64,000 bases of DNA, from NCBI GenBank assembly GCA_964016885.1, contig OZ024740.1, positions 329,964,001-330,028,000 on the forward strand. The letters are read 5' to 3'. Origin of the DNA: Eledone cirrhosa (Eukaryota). A program made the position numbers and the translations under genes. The notes beneath the pieces were generated by a model that did not search any database, was not told the origin of the DNA, and saw nothing but the letters and a program-made list of their open reading frames with translations. This document shows positions 1 through 13,745 of the stretch, in pieces (the first letter of the stretch is position 1; every line of letters starts with the position of its first letter).

Positions 1-72
1 ATTGAAAATATGAGAAAGTGTAATTTGTATAATCAAAATACAGTTCATTTAAGAAAGAGGCAAATATAAATC

Positions 73-75
<3 letters not shown>

Positions 76-163
<88 letters not shown>
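76..163. repeat. (TA)n microsatellite, representative of dozens of (TA)n/(CA)n/(GA)n tracts in the window
   Basis: Directly visible dinucleotide repeat. Similar tracts lie at about 6085, 6440, 14722, 15950, 20530, 22140, 37905, 43450, 55015, 60270, 60990, 62680 and 63890. Confidence 0.99.
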
Positions 164-166
<3 letters not shown>

Positions 167-2365
167 GGTGTCATAAATAATTTCTTTCTCTGTAAATTTT
201 AGTTGAAAGATAAGATAATCTATTATACCCGACGTCTATCAATTGCCATGTGTTATAACTACAAATTATAATCTGTTCTTATCTGCAGTTTTTAAATTTA
301 GAAATCTTGAAGAAAAACACTATAGTTTATATACTACATATTCTATTACTTTGGCAAAATATAGTGCTAGATTTATTTCTAAACAGTAAACCGACTGCAA
401 AATCGATAAACAATAAAACCGATCTGTTTAAGTTAGATGTGTTACTTTAATACGTCTATTGTCATTTCTTTCTCAAAAACAATATCAACATTGGTCTTGT
501 CAAAAGATATCTTTATGAAACACTTTGAGAAGAAAACTGGCAAACCCTCAACTTTTCGAAATCTAGACTGGTTTATAATCTACTTTCGTGTATTATAAGA
601 CAATGGAATTTGTATACTTTATTTATTGTTTCTTTATGTAGACACTTTGCTGTGATTTCATTTCTCTAAAGTTCCTTTAGTTTTATATAATTCGTGATAT
701 TGATTGTCTTTTAATGTCATCAATGCATTTCAGATTGCACATCGAAATTGAATAGAACTAACTATTATCCAATTAACTTGGGATTTGGTAACCTAGGAGT
801 ATATAAAGATAAAATGATTTGCATGATATGAAATATTTCGTACTCGAATAAATGCATGTAAACCAGGAATTAAAAATGTTTAATTTGTGTTTATCTTTAA
901 ATATATTTCCACACGCTATTCCATTTATATGTTGCTGTGACGCAAGTATATAGTCATACTATAGAATTTACCTGACAGCTTTTAGCACATTTGTAAAACA
1001 CAAAAAGGAACATAAGTTTCATCCACATATAACCAACATTTTCATTATCAATAAATTGTTAGTGATAAAATAAAATGATCCTTTCAAACACACTCCACTC
1101 TCAGTTAACTTATACAAATGCATTTCGTGGACAAATGCATTTCGTGGTTAATTGTAAAATATGTGGGTGGATAACTGCATAAATACAGATGGGGTGCGCA
1201 GCAATAACAGGTCGAAATATTTGGATATATTATTCCTTAATGAGATGTGAGGATCTTTAAGAAAGAGAGATGTATATTTTGACTGTTTGACATTAAAAAA
1301 AGAAGCTTTTGTCAGATAGATCATTACTACGTAAGATGTTGTCATACCATTCCGCTTGTAATCAGTTCGCTCAAGTTTGGGAGTTGGAGACAAGCTTGCT
1401 TTATAAACGTGGCTTCTATTTTCCAATGTGTGCATATAAACAATAGAATTCACTGAGAGTTTTTGTTTTCTATCCCTTATAATTTTGACAAAGAAAGTGA
1501 AATTTTTGCTATTGAAACAAATATTGCTTTATCTGAGATATCATAATCCACATCTATCAATTTTTTGAATATTATATTTTTTGTTGTTGTATTTTCTCAT
1601 TTCGCATCTTAGACATATAAACTTGATTTTTGTATACCATTTTCTTCTAAAATAGTTTGAATTACTGTAAGACATCCTTACGTACATTTTAATATACAAC
1701 GATCATGTTTTAATTAAGTCAAATATGATTTTATATAGCTATTGTTTTCCCTATGCGTAAAACATAATTTCTGATCAATGTGTACATTTGGTGATTTCCG
1801 ATACGCTATCCATTTCCCAAACAACAACTGAAAGAACCCAAATAAATACAGCTATTACCTATGCCAATAATATACATAAACGTATTTGAAATGTAAAAGG
1901 CCTTCAAATATAAAACAAGGAAAATTAATTTGAAAATTGTAGTTTCGTTACTTATATAAACTTTCTGGGAATATTCCACGCAAAACTCTATCATTCAAAA
2001 ATGAAAAGGAATAGCGTGGTTATTTCATGCATGTTCGTTTGCTCCGGTAAGTATGTTAATTATTTAAAAGAAGGGAAAGAGGTGAGCTAAAAGGAAATGT
2101 ATTTAAAATCATTTACCGTGTACTAAATTTGTGATTTGGAACATTAGATATTCATATAGATTTTATTTTTTCTTAACACGATCTATTATAAGGACCGGTA
2201 ACCATATGAAATTTGTCGCCGGCCATCGATGAAATACACACGAACTGTCTATAATACTTTTGTTTATAATCATGAGAGCATACACATTAAGCGTTTTCAA
2301 TAAACATATAATTGTTTTATATATATATGTGCATTTTTCCAATGTAGACATTGTTTCATTATTTG

Positions 2366-2533
2366 TGGATTGGTCTGACGCCATGCTTTGCAGCAAAGAG
2401 TTACGATCCTTTATGGTCTGAGTTCAAATCCTGCCGAGGTTAAATTTGCCTTTCAACCTTATGGGGTCGATAAATTAAGGTACCGCTAATACATGGGGAT
2501 AATTGCTGGCCTTGTGCCAAAAGTAGAAACAAT
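2366..2533 (+). mobile_element. tRNA-derived SINE with Nin/Deu-like central domain (5'-eroded copy)
   Basis: B box GAGTTCAAATCC, then TTTGCCTTTCAACCTTATGGGGTCGATAAA and a 3' end GGCCTTGTGCCAAAAGTAGAAACAATT. Homologous to the copy at 30238. Confidence 0.85.
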
Positions 2534-2689
2534 TAATTTAAACTGAACATCAATAGCAACAGCAGGAGTCAATACAACCATAAGAGACATCCACACTTCA
2601 ACAACCACCACAACTTCCGTAGTCATTTTTTAGACACAGCACACAGACACAGGGTAACGAGATAACACAAAACACACAGGAGAACCAAA

Positions 2690-4765
2690 TGTAATAAAAA
2701 TCGTTAATTTAACCCTTCAAGAATTAACAACAGACCAAATCAACATACTATCCAGAGGTCTGAAATTTACACGAACTCCCCAACGACCAAACCACCCCGA
2801 AATGAAGGAGACATTGCAGAATTCTGTAGGAAACTAAGACTCAGTGAGCAACTATACGACAAATACAATGAGGATGACTCAATAGCCAGAAATAGAAGCA
2901 ACTACACCACACCAAAAGGCAAGAACACATTGCTCGATCAATTATGCGAATACATTACTAATTACACATATCACCACCTACACAGACAAACAAAAACCAA
3001 ACCTAAGCAAACAAAAATGAAATGGTCTTAACAGTCTAAAGAACGACAAAACCCTAACAATCAAAGAGGCAGATAAAGGGAGTGCAGTAGTCCTTATGAA
3101 GACAGATTACTACACGACTCTAGTACTCTCAACTCTAGAAAACCAAACATATTACGAAAAGGACCAACACTACATACAACAGAAAATAATGAGAAACCTA
3201 AAATCCCTAACAACCCTTTACAAAGAAGGCCTTACCGACAAGGAATACAAATACATCACCAATTTCAAACGCAGAACCAGCCTTTTCTACAGTATCCCAA
3301 AGACACACAGAAGCGAAGTAATAGGCAGGGCCTGCAAGGAAGCCACAGACATTTACATCAATATCCCCCTCAAATTAAGATCCATAATAGCAGGTACCAC
3401 ATGCGAAACCCACCGCCTAAGCAACTCCCTAGATATTCTGCTTAAACCTTTCCTAAAACACATAAAAACCTTCATAAGGGACGACCTTGACATGCTCAAT
3501 AACCTCCCAACAACACTTAAAAATGAACATACCCTACTAGTAACCTTTGATGTAATCAATCTGTATTCCAATATCCCACACAACCTAGGTATAGAGGCAA
3601 TATAACTTTGGCTTGAACATTTGCCTTATGAACTTCCACAGCGCATCCCTAAGGAATTTGTGATGGAGGGCCTCAAATTCATCTTGGAAAATAACTTCTT
3701 CGATTTCGATGCCAGATACTACAGGCAGAAATCCAGAACTGCCATGGGCACGAAAGTACCCCCCTCATATTTCAACCTTGTCATGGGATATTTGGAAACT
3801 ACTCTCAACCGTAACGTTCTAGACAAATACGTAAACCACTTCTACTTACACAGAAAAAAAACTGGAAGAGATATCTGAACGACTGCTTCATCCTCTGGCA
3901 TGAAAGTATAGAAAGACTGATTGAATTTAAAACACTTCTAAATGGACTCAACACAAACATACTATTTACAATAGAATACAGCCATGAAAAACTCCCTTTC
4001 CTTGACATCCTCATCAATAAAACAAACAACAAAATAGAAATAGACATATACTACAAACCCACAGACTAGATACAAAATCTTCCATTTAACTCATGCCACC
4101 CTCGCCATACCAAAATGGTAAATCCTTATAAACTACCCAGAAGGATCTGCACAATAGTCTCAGATAAATACACATGACACACACGACTAGAAGAATTAAA
4201 GAACTCATTTATCAGCAGAAACTACCCACCATCCCTAATCAACAATGGATTTCATACATCTCCACACAAAACCCCCTCAACAATGAGGCATTCGACACCA
4301 TCTTCCAGAACATTCCTTTACTATATAAGAGACCCAAGAAAGTACAACATACTCCAAGCACACAACAACATAAAGAGCAAAAGTTAACCTAACTCCATAA
4401 AAACATCCTCACACAAGCTAAAATCCAACCAACCCTCACAATGAACCCTACAGTAAAAAAATGCGGAAGGCCCAACTGTGGTATATGCATACATCTAATA
4501 GCAGGTTCAACATTCCACTTTAAACAAGGACAACATTTCACAGTTAAATACAACTTTACATGTGCATCTGAAAATCTAATCTACGTTTTGACCTGCTCAG
4601 GTTGTCGAGAGCACTACACAGGACAGACAAAAAACAGCCTCCGACAACGTATGACCGTCCATAGATCACAAAACAAAATACAGAAATACAAAAATATTGT
4701 TTTTAGTGAAGATATCGCCAATTGTACACCTAACCAACATCCAAACTTTAAAATATTCAAATGCA
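2690..4765 (+). pseudogene. Neptune-like Penelope-like element ORF remnant (RT + Cys linker + GIY-YIG), frameshifted
   Basis: Motifs ILSRGLKFTRTP, IKEADKGSAVVLM, LLVTFDVINLYSNIP, YRQKSRTAMGTKVPP, RYLNDCFILW, LPFLDILI, YYKPTD, CGRPNCGIC and NLIYVLTCSGCREHYTGQT, spread over ORFs 3096, 3621 and 4441 and the frames between them. Confidence 0.9.
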
Positions 4766-6081
4766 CCGACGCTAGAGACCGAGACACACACAACACACAT
4801 TTTCTGGAAGTACTCAAACTGAACGGATACACGACATCCACCACAAACCGTGCCAGAAAGAACAGAGGACATCCAGCTGTCGATTTATTGACGGACTGCG
4901 TGGTTGCAGAGGACATCCACTGCTACGGCCTCCACCCGACGGACATACACCAGCTTTTGTCCTTCACAGTAGACACCACGTACTTCACCTTCCACCACCA
5001 CACATACAGACAGACAACACCCGAGGCACTAACACTTGCTTCCTGAAGCTCCCACACTTCAGTGAAGAAACAACAACAGCCATCCGCAGAGCCATCAGAC
5101 GAGAGGGACTGGATATCAAACTGGCCCACTCGAGTCCTTCTCTGCGCGGACGGCTGGCCAAGAGACACTCCACCAGATATGACAACTGCTGCAGACTAGC
5201 CAACTGCCCCATCAACGACACAGACCTATGCCACCAGGCTTACGTCGTATACAGACTAGAGTGTGACAAATGCAACAACTTCTACGTAGGTAGCACCACC
5301 AGACCACTCCACATAAGAATAAAAGAACACCTCAATACTAACGCTTCCTCATTTAAGAAACACCTAGTTAAATGCAAAAACACCGACAAAACCATAACAG
5401 TTTGGATAGAAACTAAGGAAAGATACCTCGGCAATCTTAGAATTAATGAACCACTAATTATAGATAAAACACAACCACCAATCAATAATAGACTAGAAAT
5501 CAACACCCAATTTATAACCTGATAGGGCTTCTAGCCCCATATTTACACACCCCACACACACACTCGCACGCGCACACACACACGCTTACACCTCCACTTA
5601 TTCTCTCTCACACATACAGACACAAAACCAGTTCTAACACCAGATAACACCTATCCCCAACATTTACGAATAGACTTATCTTCTGACACTCACACAAATA
5701 ACACTCACATACTTACACCTTCATGCATTCTCCCAAAAACTTATACAGGCATGTATATGAAATAAAATAAAAATTAAAAAAAACCCTAAACAAACCCCTT
5801 TTAAAGGGAGACTACTCTTTATCCACCTAATTTTAACTCTTTGACATTAGAGATAGAACAGATACTCTATACTATTTCCTGTCAGCATGGTTTGTCAAGA
5901 TATTTAGAACGCTGGTTTGAGACCTTTATTTCCCTCTGAAGAAGAGATATTATCTCGAAAATTAAGGACTTTAAATAAATCTAAGGTAAAGGACGAATTG
6001 TCAACAATATCTTTTACAATTGCATTCTTTTTTCTATGTCCATACCTGCATTGTTTTGGCTTTATTACACATATTCAAACG

Positions 6082-6085
<4 letters not shown>
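4766..6085 (+). mobile_element. Second PLE family: rearranged RT/thumb pieces, GIY-YIG endonuclease, 3' UTR/pLTR ending in (TA)n
   Basis: Translates to LKLNGY, TTYFTFHHHTYRQT and LKLPHFSE...CRLANCPINDTDLCHQAYVVYRLECDKCNNFYVGSTTRPLHIRIKEHL. HHR-like motif at 5933-5967. Confidence 0.8.
5933..5967 (+). ncRNA. Minimal type I hammerhead ribozyme motif
   Basis: CCT CTGAAGA A-GAGAT att ATCTC GAAA AT TA AGG: short stem I, 5-bp stem II, palindromic AATT stem III. Confidence 0.65.
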
Positions 6086-6126
<41 letters not shown>

Positions 6127-6436
6127 GGAAATCAGTAAAATCGAATCTCTGGCGGTTTGGAAGTAAATTCGGCCTACTTATATGAAATGATGAGTTAGCA
6201 AAGCACTCGATAAGATAGGACCTCAGAGTAATAACATACGTTTAAATAGCTTGACAAATCGAACATTGTGATAGGCGAGACTAACACACAATACATACCA
6301 AAGTAACGATAGAACTAATCAGGTTGAGAAAAGTACACCTGGACAAATCAAACGATCATTCGTTTAAAGTGTTTCTTTGAACCCGAAATCAAATATCAGA
6401 CTTACGTGAATGGCCAGCTCTTGGTATAGGTGATCG

Positions 6437-6490
<54 letters not shown>

Positions 6491-6494
<4 letters not shown>

Positions 6495-8775
6495 ATAATA
6501 ATAAAATTGAAGACTAAAATCCAAAGAGGGCTCGATAAGGAAAATATGTATGAAATATATAAGAACCGTAGAGCAAATATTTATTAAAATAACAGATTAA
6601 AGTTTAAGCAAAGAATCGCTGCTTTCACCCTTAACGGGATCTTCTGAAATTAACAAAGTCAATCTGCAAACGCAGAACTGGATATTTAAAAAAACGTTGC
6701 AACCGGAGGAGGACAGGAAGACGATACTTTGGTTCGTGGTAACGTTCGCTGGCAAAGAACGGGAAAAAACGAATAATACGTCATTAATAGGAGCGGTGAA
6801 AAACAATTACGCGCAAAGACAGAACCACGTTTATGGTATAAAAGAGGTTGTAGACTAATGTTCTCTTAGGTGATGCTTAGAGACGTTCACTGGCAATGAA
6901 CGAAAAAACGAAGATAATAAGTCATATTTGGAGCGTGGAGAAAAATAGCACGCCAAGACAAGACCACGTAAATGGTATAGCAGAAGTCGTAGACTAAATT
7001 CTAACTAGGAGACCAAATGAATCTCCGCTACAGAGTTAAGAACAAAGTAAATAAATACAATACAGAAGTAATAGAAACAAATAAATACATACACTCAAAC
7101 AGATACGTACATACACAAGCATACGCAAAACCTTACCATAGGAATACAAAACCAATCACATATAAATATGCGTGTGTGTGTATGCTTGTGTACAAATAAA
7201 TAATAATTATATAAACGTATATAAGTAAATAAATACGTATATAACAATCGCACACACATACCTACAAATAAATACACGAATGTTCGGAGACGTAAGTCGA
7301 CTAAAACAAGAAGTACACATATACACACACCCACCATACGTACGAACCTGCATACTCACGCAGACGCAAAACTCCCGTATACACATAGCCAAACCCTAAA
7401 TACCAGAATATTTAAAAAATATACGCCATAACAGTCAAATATACGTACGAGAAGGTATACATACCTTCACAAAACATACGTGTAATATATACTTACCTAT
7501 GCAAATAAGTAAAGGAATAAACAAAACATATACTTAGCTCCCACATCAAGACGTAAAATATCCACGTATAGATCGTGCTATCCGTTAGGGTATAACGTGG
7601 GGCTGTAATACAGGAAAGTTTTGTGCAATTTATGTTTACAAGCCGAAATTGCCTCAGACTTTTTGTTTAAGATGTGGTCTGTGGCGTAGAGTATTTCCAG
7701 GGCCTCGGCAGCACAGAGGTCACATGGTCTTTTATTTCCGTTATACGATCTAGCCCTAGCTAGGATCTTCCAGTGTAACTTATATTGGGTGTGGTTGTCT
7801 TTTAGACTCCAGATATAAGCTGAAAGTGACGTCATATTCCTTCTTAGAGGGTAACGAAAAGAATGGGTATGCATGTAAAGACGCTGCTTGAAACTATTGG
7901 CGGTTAACCCTATGTAGGCCCTACGGGACGTGGGTGTTACAACCTTACATTTGTAGACAATGTTACTAGAGAGGCATTTCCTGGATAGGGGGCAATCAGC
8001 CCGATTCCTACAATTACAGTTAGTACTAACTACAGGGTTGCACGTGTTCCTACGGCTAGGTAGTTTAGCCAAATTTGAAGCTGTTATGTTATGTGCATGG
8101 TTAGGAGTCGTAGAATAAGAAATTTTAATAGTATTTCTATAAAGAATTTTACTATGTTTATGTGTAGGGGGAAAATGCTTCGTAATAAGGAAAAGAAAGA
8201 TCTTAGCTAATGGTGTGGCCACCTCCATATTATATGGTGGGTTAAACCAACAAATGCGACGGGATCTATTTCTTCTAGGTCTATTTTCGTACTCTGTATA
8301 TGCTACCTTATCGACAAATCCACTTCGAGCAAGAGCTTCATTGTAATAAGTGGAATGGTCGTTGAAAATGCGCTCGTTGGTGGAAAGACGGGAAAGCCTC
8401 AACGAAACGTTCCTTACCAGGTTCTTGGTTATGCTGGCAGGATGGTTGAAATGCTTACTTATGTAATTAAGCGTATCATTCGGCTTTCTATACGGGTAAT
8501 ACAACCCATTCAATACATTGAGGGTAACGTCGAGGTAATTAACGACCGAGAGATTGGCCTCAAACTGTATAGAGAGGTTGAAGCCTTTAAAGAAGGCTGT
8601 GAGTTATTTTCTGAACCTGTCGCAAGCACGAGGTCCGCACTTAGTCATGGTCAAAAGACCATCGTCATGGTACAAACCACCGCCCGCGTTGGGGAATTCG
8701 TCCTTGATAGAGAAGAGAAGGAAAAGGCCAATAAGATCAGTAACCTCCGCCGAGTTACTGGCGCCCATACTCACG
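6491..8775 (-). mobile_element. PLE family A (Nematis-like) copy 1, 5'-truncated
   Basis: ORFs 8604-8804 and 7578-8513 give MGASNSAEVTDL, GGGLYHDDGL, WFNPPY, CNCRNRADCPLSRKC, IVYKC...AYIGLT and CDLCAAE. About 1.1 kb of 3' UTR/pLTR ends at (TA)n. Confidence 0.93.
6601..6651 (-). ncRNA. Hammerhead variant (CAGAAGA core), family A
   Basis: Reverse complement reads AATTT CAGAAGA TCCC gttaa GGGT GAAA GCA...TGC TT AAACT. Confidence 0.7.
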
Positions 8776-9175
8776 TAAATCCAAAGAAGATAAACATTGA
8801 GCAAAAGGTTTTACAGTAGCTAACGTTCACGTACACCAGAGACCCCACCAACATATATTTGCTTGTTAAATATGCTATTCTTGCAAATTAAGTAATTGTA
8901 TGCATCAGGAATCCTTTCATACTTCTCATAATCTACAGAGGGATATCTCAAAGTTAATATACAACACGATGCAGAATTTGGGCTAGCTAAATATGCACCA
9001 GCAAATTGATCATGCTATGTAGAAACCCCCCACTGTGGATGTATATATCTCAGATTGTTTTGCTATAATTAGATAACCCTTAGTTATTTATGATTTGAAA
9101 AGGAAGAAATATCATAACCAATATATGAAAAAATAGGTACTAAATGAAATCCGCCGTAATATAAAACACGTACAT

Positions 9176-9334
9176 TATCCCAGTGCATTACTGGTACTTT
9201 ATTTTATCGATCCCGTAAGGATGAAAGGCAAAGGTAACCTTGGTGGTATTTGAATTCAGACCATAAAGGCCCGTAACTCGATGCTGGAAAGGATGGTGTC
9301 CGACCCTCAACTGATACTACCAATTCACCGCCCA
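9176..9334 (-). mobile_element. Nin/Deu-like tRNA SINE, diverged copy
   Basis: Reverse complement aligns to the 30238-30424 copy (GCCTTTCATCCTTACGGGATCGATAAAATAAAGTACCAGTAATGCACTGGG). Confidence 0.85.
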
Positions 9335-9774
9335 ATGAGAAAATAATAACTTGAGTTTGGTATAACTTGAACGCAGAACTAAAATGACATATCTAATATT
9401 TTGAACGCTACGTGAATTTTGCTATCCATTCTATTCCTAGGAAATTAATATTGAATGGTGGGCATTGATTTACGTTGTTTCTCTTAAGAATTATTGAAAA
9501 AATATAGAATTAATTTTAGATGAAATCAAATCTAATTTGAAAGAAACACATTCGGTATTGATTTTTAATGAGAGATCTATGTATCTAAATCATATTTAAA
9601 AATCATATATAAAAATCTCTATATACAAGTACCAGCGCATATATACTCATAGTTTTACATAAACACGAACACATATACATCCCCATATACACATGTATGA
9701 GTGTACGTATATTACTGGATATATGTGCAAACACGCACATACAAACACAAAAACAAATTCATTCACACACACAC

Positions 9775-9811
<37 letters not shown>

Positions 9812-10127
9812 CATTTATGTATATATCAATATATATATATATATATAAATATATCTCAATATATCAATATATCAATATATGTGTGTGTGTGTGAGTGTGT
9901 ATACATACACACATAGACACGCACACACATATATATATATATTTATAAGAGATATTTAATTTTTGGAAAACCAACAATTATAGATATTTACAAATGATGC
10001 AAAGCACTCGACAGATTTCTGGAGTAAGTATTCAATTGATATTAAATTGATATTATATAAATGGAAACTATATTTATAATACCATAAATATGGTTTTATA
10101 AATATACTTTCTATTTATTTAATAACA

Positions 10128-10169
<42 letters not shown>

Positions 10170-10172
<3 letters not shown>

Positions 10173-10530
10173 GATATTAACAAATGGAAACTATATTTAT
10201 AAAACCATATTTATTTCATTATACATATTTCAAGGACGCAAGTTAAATTATGGTGTGCTTTCATCAGATAAAATATAATATAGACCAGTTTTATAAATAA
10301 ATATTGACATACCCTTAAAGAATGGAACCATTACTGTTGGACGCCCCCGGGAGCTTCCAACAGTAATGGTTGCATTCTTTAAGGGTATGTCAATATTTAT
10401 TTATAAAACTACTTTATATTATATTTTATCTGATGAAAGCACACCATAATTTAACTTGGTGTCCTTGAAATAAATATGGTTTTATAAATATAGTTTCCAT
10501 TTGTTAATAACGTATTTTTACTCCAAGTAT
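10170..10530. repeat. Fold-back palindrome of a PLE pLTR containing two opposed hammerhead motifs
   Basis: Arms are reverse complements around CTGTTGGA...TCCAACAG near 10350. Confidence 0.9.
10212..10275 (-). ncRNA. Type I hammerhead ribozyme, canonical core
   Basis: rc: TATTTTAT CTGATGA AAG...CTT GAAA TATGTA TA ATGAAATA, with an 8-bp stem I including one G-U. The + strand mirror at 10422-10478 has lost stem III and the 3' strand of stem I. Confidence 0.75.
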
Positions 10531-10598
10531 TTGTTGAGTGCTTTATATCAGTTATAAAATATTTGCTTGTTGTATCCCAACAATTTAAATTGAACTTT

Positions 10599-10654
<56 letters not shown>

Positions 10655-10683
10655 TATATACATAAATGCATACATATATTTAT

Positions 10684-10859
10684 ATACAAGTTGATATGAA
10701 TTAATATATATGATAAACACAAATACCAACATATAAGTGTGTGTATTGTAAATGACTAAGTTAGCTAGATTGAATCTAGCTAACTTAGTCATTTACAATA
10801 CAAATCCTTATATGTTGGTATTTGTGTTTATCATATATATTAATTGATATTAACTTGTA
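10684..10859. repeat. Near-perfect hairpin palindrome, about 175 bp
   Basis: GTATTGTAAATGACTAAGTTAGCTAGATT-G-AATCTAGCTAACTTAGTCATTTACAATAC, with extended arms. Confidence 0.9.
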
Positions 10860-11038
10860 CTACAGGGCTCAGAAATGCTTCTTTCTTTGAGCTATTTCAT
10901 TGTAAAGGACTGTTTGAGTTTAGAACTCTTTATTCATAGTACATATATTTATATACATGTCTGTGCGAGTGAATTTGTGTTTGCGTTTGTATGTGCGTGT
11001 TTGCACATTTATCTATATGTGTGTGTATGTGTGTGTGT

Positions 11039-11074
<36 letters not shown>

Positions 11075-12164
11075 GTATTACACATGTTTACAATAATGTT
11101 AACACTAAGAGGTTTGAAGAAATAATTTTACAGTAACGCCACCACATGTATACTCAAAACTTAGATATTGATCAATTCGTTCATCTATTTCTGTGTGATT
11201 ATCACAGGCAACTTGCTTCAGAGTCTTCTTGATTACATTTAATTGTTCTCTCGCAACATAGTGATTTTAAAAAAAAATATATATATTTAAGAATGTATTG
11301 TATTATTTTTCATTTATCTTCTGATCATTATTTGCCTTGTGTTAAATGATCACCATACACAATTATACATACATTGCAATCAATATATATGTTTATTTAT
11401 AATGGAAAATAAAGGAAAAGTATATTTTTAAAACTTCAATCAATTTTTTGGTTGTCATTTATTCATTAGGAAATATTTATATATTTTCAGGTTTATATTT
11501 ATATAAATTAAGTGAGTGTTACATTTCTTCTGTTATTTCATTAATAAATAGCTTTCAGATAGTTCACATAAATCATGACTTGTGATTTCTATCGGAATAT
11601 GAATTTTCCTACTTCTATCCTTATCTGCAGTGTTCCTATTTTGTGAGTTATCCTGGCATAATTCTAGGGGTAAACACGAATGTTAATGTTATATGGTGTT
11701 TTTATTTTTATATATGACTGTCCTGCGGAAGAAAGGCATGATAGAAAGTAGCAACATGCCACTTTTACGATAAATCACAAAATATCTTTGATAAAATAAG
11801 TTCCTTGTAATTTGAGAGAATTTGGCTGTTATTTTTAGTAACCTACGTTTTACAAGACGAGCTTGGAACAGAATACCATGTGCGTTTTTTTCTCTCTTAA
11901 AACACGCGCATCATTTAGTCTTCTAAGATATTTAGGAGTGGGGGGATTACTAATCTGTACATCCACTGAAGAGCAATCAGATTTGTAACTCTCTCCACTT
12001 TGTTGCGAAACAGTTCTACCAAAGTGTATCTGGATGTTGATAGTTTGTAATTCTTCATATATCTTTTTAATTGAGTCTGGCAAACCGTATTGTTCTTAGT
12101 TAGTATCTTATGCACCCTGGCGGTTTAGGTCCCTTGTGACTTGAACACACCCATATATATATAT

Positions 12165-13015
12165 ATGGAAAAAAGATCAAATCGAAAATGCAACTGAAGT
12201 CCTTATAAAAAAAAATATTGATTTGGTTCCTTTAGCGGTTTCGCAGTTCTTTTGCTTTTCAAAAGTAGAATTGAGATGGAGGCTTAGTAGTTTTTCTCGC
12301 ATCTGGTTGGTGTTCGAATGTTACTTCTGTTTTATATGGAAAAAGGTAGCTCGAGATGGTAGGTTTTTAGAAAAGTAATTTGGTTGGTTGATGACTGTCA
12401 TGTGAATAAGTATAATAAATTTCGCGCCGCTTCGCGTTACAAAGTTTTTATTACATTTGCCTTTTAAAAAAAAGGGGGGGGGGGGGGGGGGGGGGCTCAG
12501 ATTATTTTTTCATATATGAGTGAAATTTGGTTGGTTGATGCAGTCACGTGAATAAGCATCTCAACTTTCGCGCCAGTTCGTGTTTGAATTTCTTTTTACT
12601 TAAAAAAAGTCGTTCAAGAATGTTTTTTTAATAAATGTAATTTGATTGGTTATGAATGAAATGTTGACTGTCACGTAGACAAGTACATTAAATGTCGCGC
12701 CCGTATTGGGAATTTGTTTGTAGCCATTTAGAGAATTTTGTGCTAAACAAAAGATAATGGTCAAGAAAAAGGGGATGGGAAGAAATGTTCTGGTTCAGTG
12801 AGTATGGCTGATGTCGATGGGGTGTCAACATTCAGTCTTTCTATTGAAATAAAGAAAGTAGAGATATGTATTTTTATTTGTGTGTTGGTGTGTGTGTGTG
12901 TGTATGTGTGAGTAGGAAGATGATGCTATTAGTAGAAATAGGGGAGGGAGTTATGTGTGTGTGTATGTGTGTGTGATATTATGGTTAGCATGTTTAGATG
13001 GAGAGAATATATATT

Positions 13016-13054
<39 letters not shown>

Positions 13055-13250
13055 AGGAAAATGATTCCGTTAGTAGAAATGAGGGAGAGAGTTATATGTG
13101 TGTATGGGGGTATGGTTAGCATGTTAGGTGTTAGAGTATTAACGTATTTAGCCCTGGTTTTTTATTTTCGAATATAGGTGTTATGTGTGTGTGTCTGTAT
13201 GTGTCTGTTTGGATGGTTAGCATGTTATGGTGTTAACATAATTTATATTA
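12165..13250 (-). mobile_element. PLE pLTR/3' UTR fragment (family F, same family as 63220-63525)
   Basis: The first ~135 bp match 63235-63370. Contains a degenerate UUGAAAA-core HHR at 12229-12265 and three repeated regulatory-like modules. Confidence 0.7.
12380..12702. promoter_or_regulatory. Three tandem CCAAT-like / E-box / E2F-like modules
   Basis: TTTCGCGCC at 12420 and 12566, TGTCGCGCC at 12693, GTCACGTGA at 12543, GATTGG at 12644. Confidence 0.5.
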
Positions 13251-13404
13251 AACTATATTTAATGCTGGTCTATACTTTTGAATAAACATATTCTTCTTAT
13301 TTATTCGTATTTGTTCTGTCGTATTGTCAGCGCAAAGATAACATGGGAAGACTTGGAATTTGGCTGTCTTATCACTTGCACATATGTCTAAATGTGCGCT
13401 TAGT

Positions 13405-13745
13405 GGTATCATCATCAACAGCATCAGTAGCAGCAACGGCAGCACATTTATCATCTTAATGAAAACCATTAGTGTCTCAACAACATCATTATCATTCCAT
13501 GCGGCATTGACGCTACCACTTCCACCACCACCACCACCACCACCACCACCACCACCATATTCTCGAAAACTGTCATCACCCGTATCACAACCTTCATCAG
13601 TACCACTATCATCTTCATTACCGCCACCACCACCATCAATTCCCCAATCACCACCCACATCAGCATCATCAAACTTACCCTCCACCTTCTCGTCCTTTTC
13701 CTCCTCCTCATCATCATCACCATCGTCATCATCATAATCACCATT
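13405..13745. repeat. Low-complexity (CCA)n/(CAT)n trinucleotide region
   Basis: Degenerate CCA/TCA repeats give low-complexity ORFs on both strands. Confidence 0.85.

Noticed and set aside
6140-6430. APE endonuclease remnant (NIVIGETN, KYTWTN)
   Set aside because: Only two short degenerate motifs amid stops, too weak to call without a search.
8355-8819. 154-aa plus-strand ORF (and similar ones at 24385, 35197, 38337 and 54434)
   Set aside because: Antisense shadows of the PLE RT reading frame.
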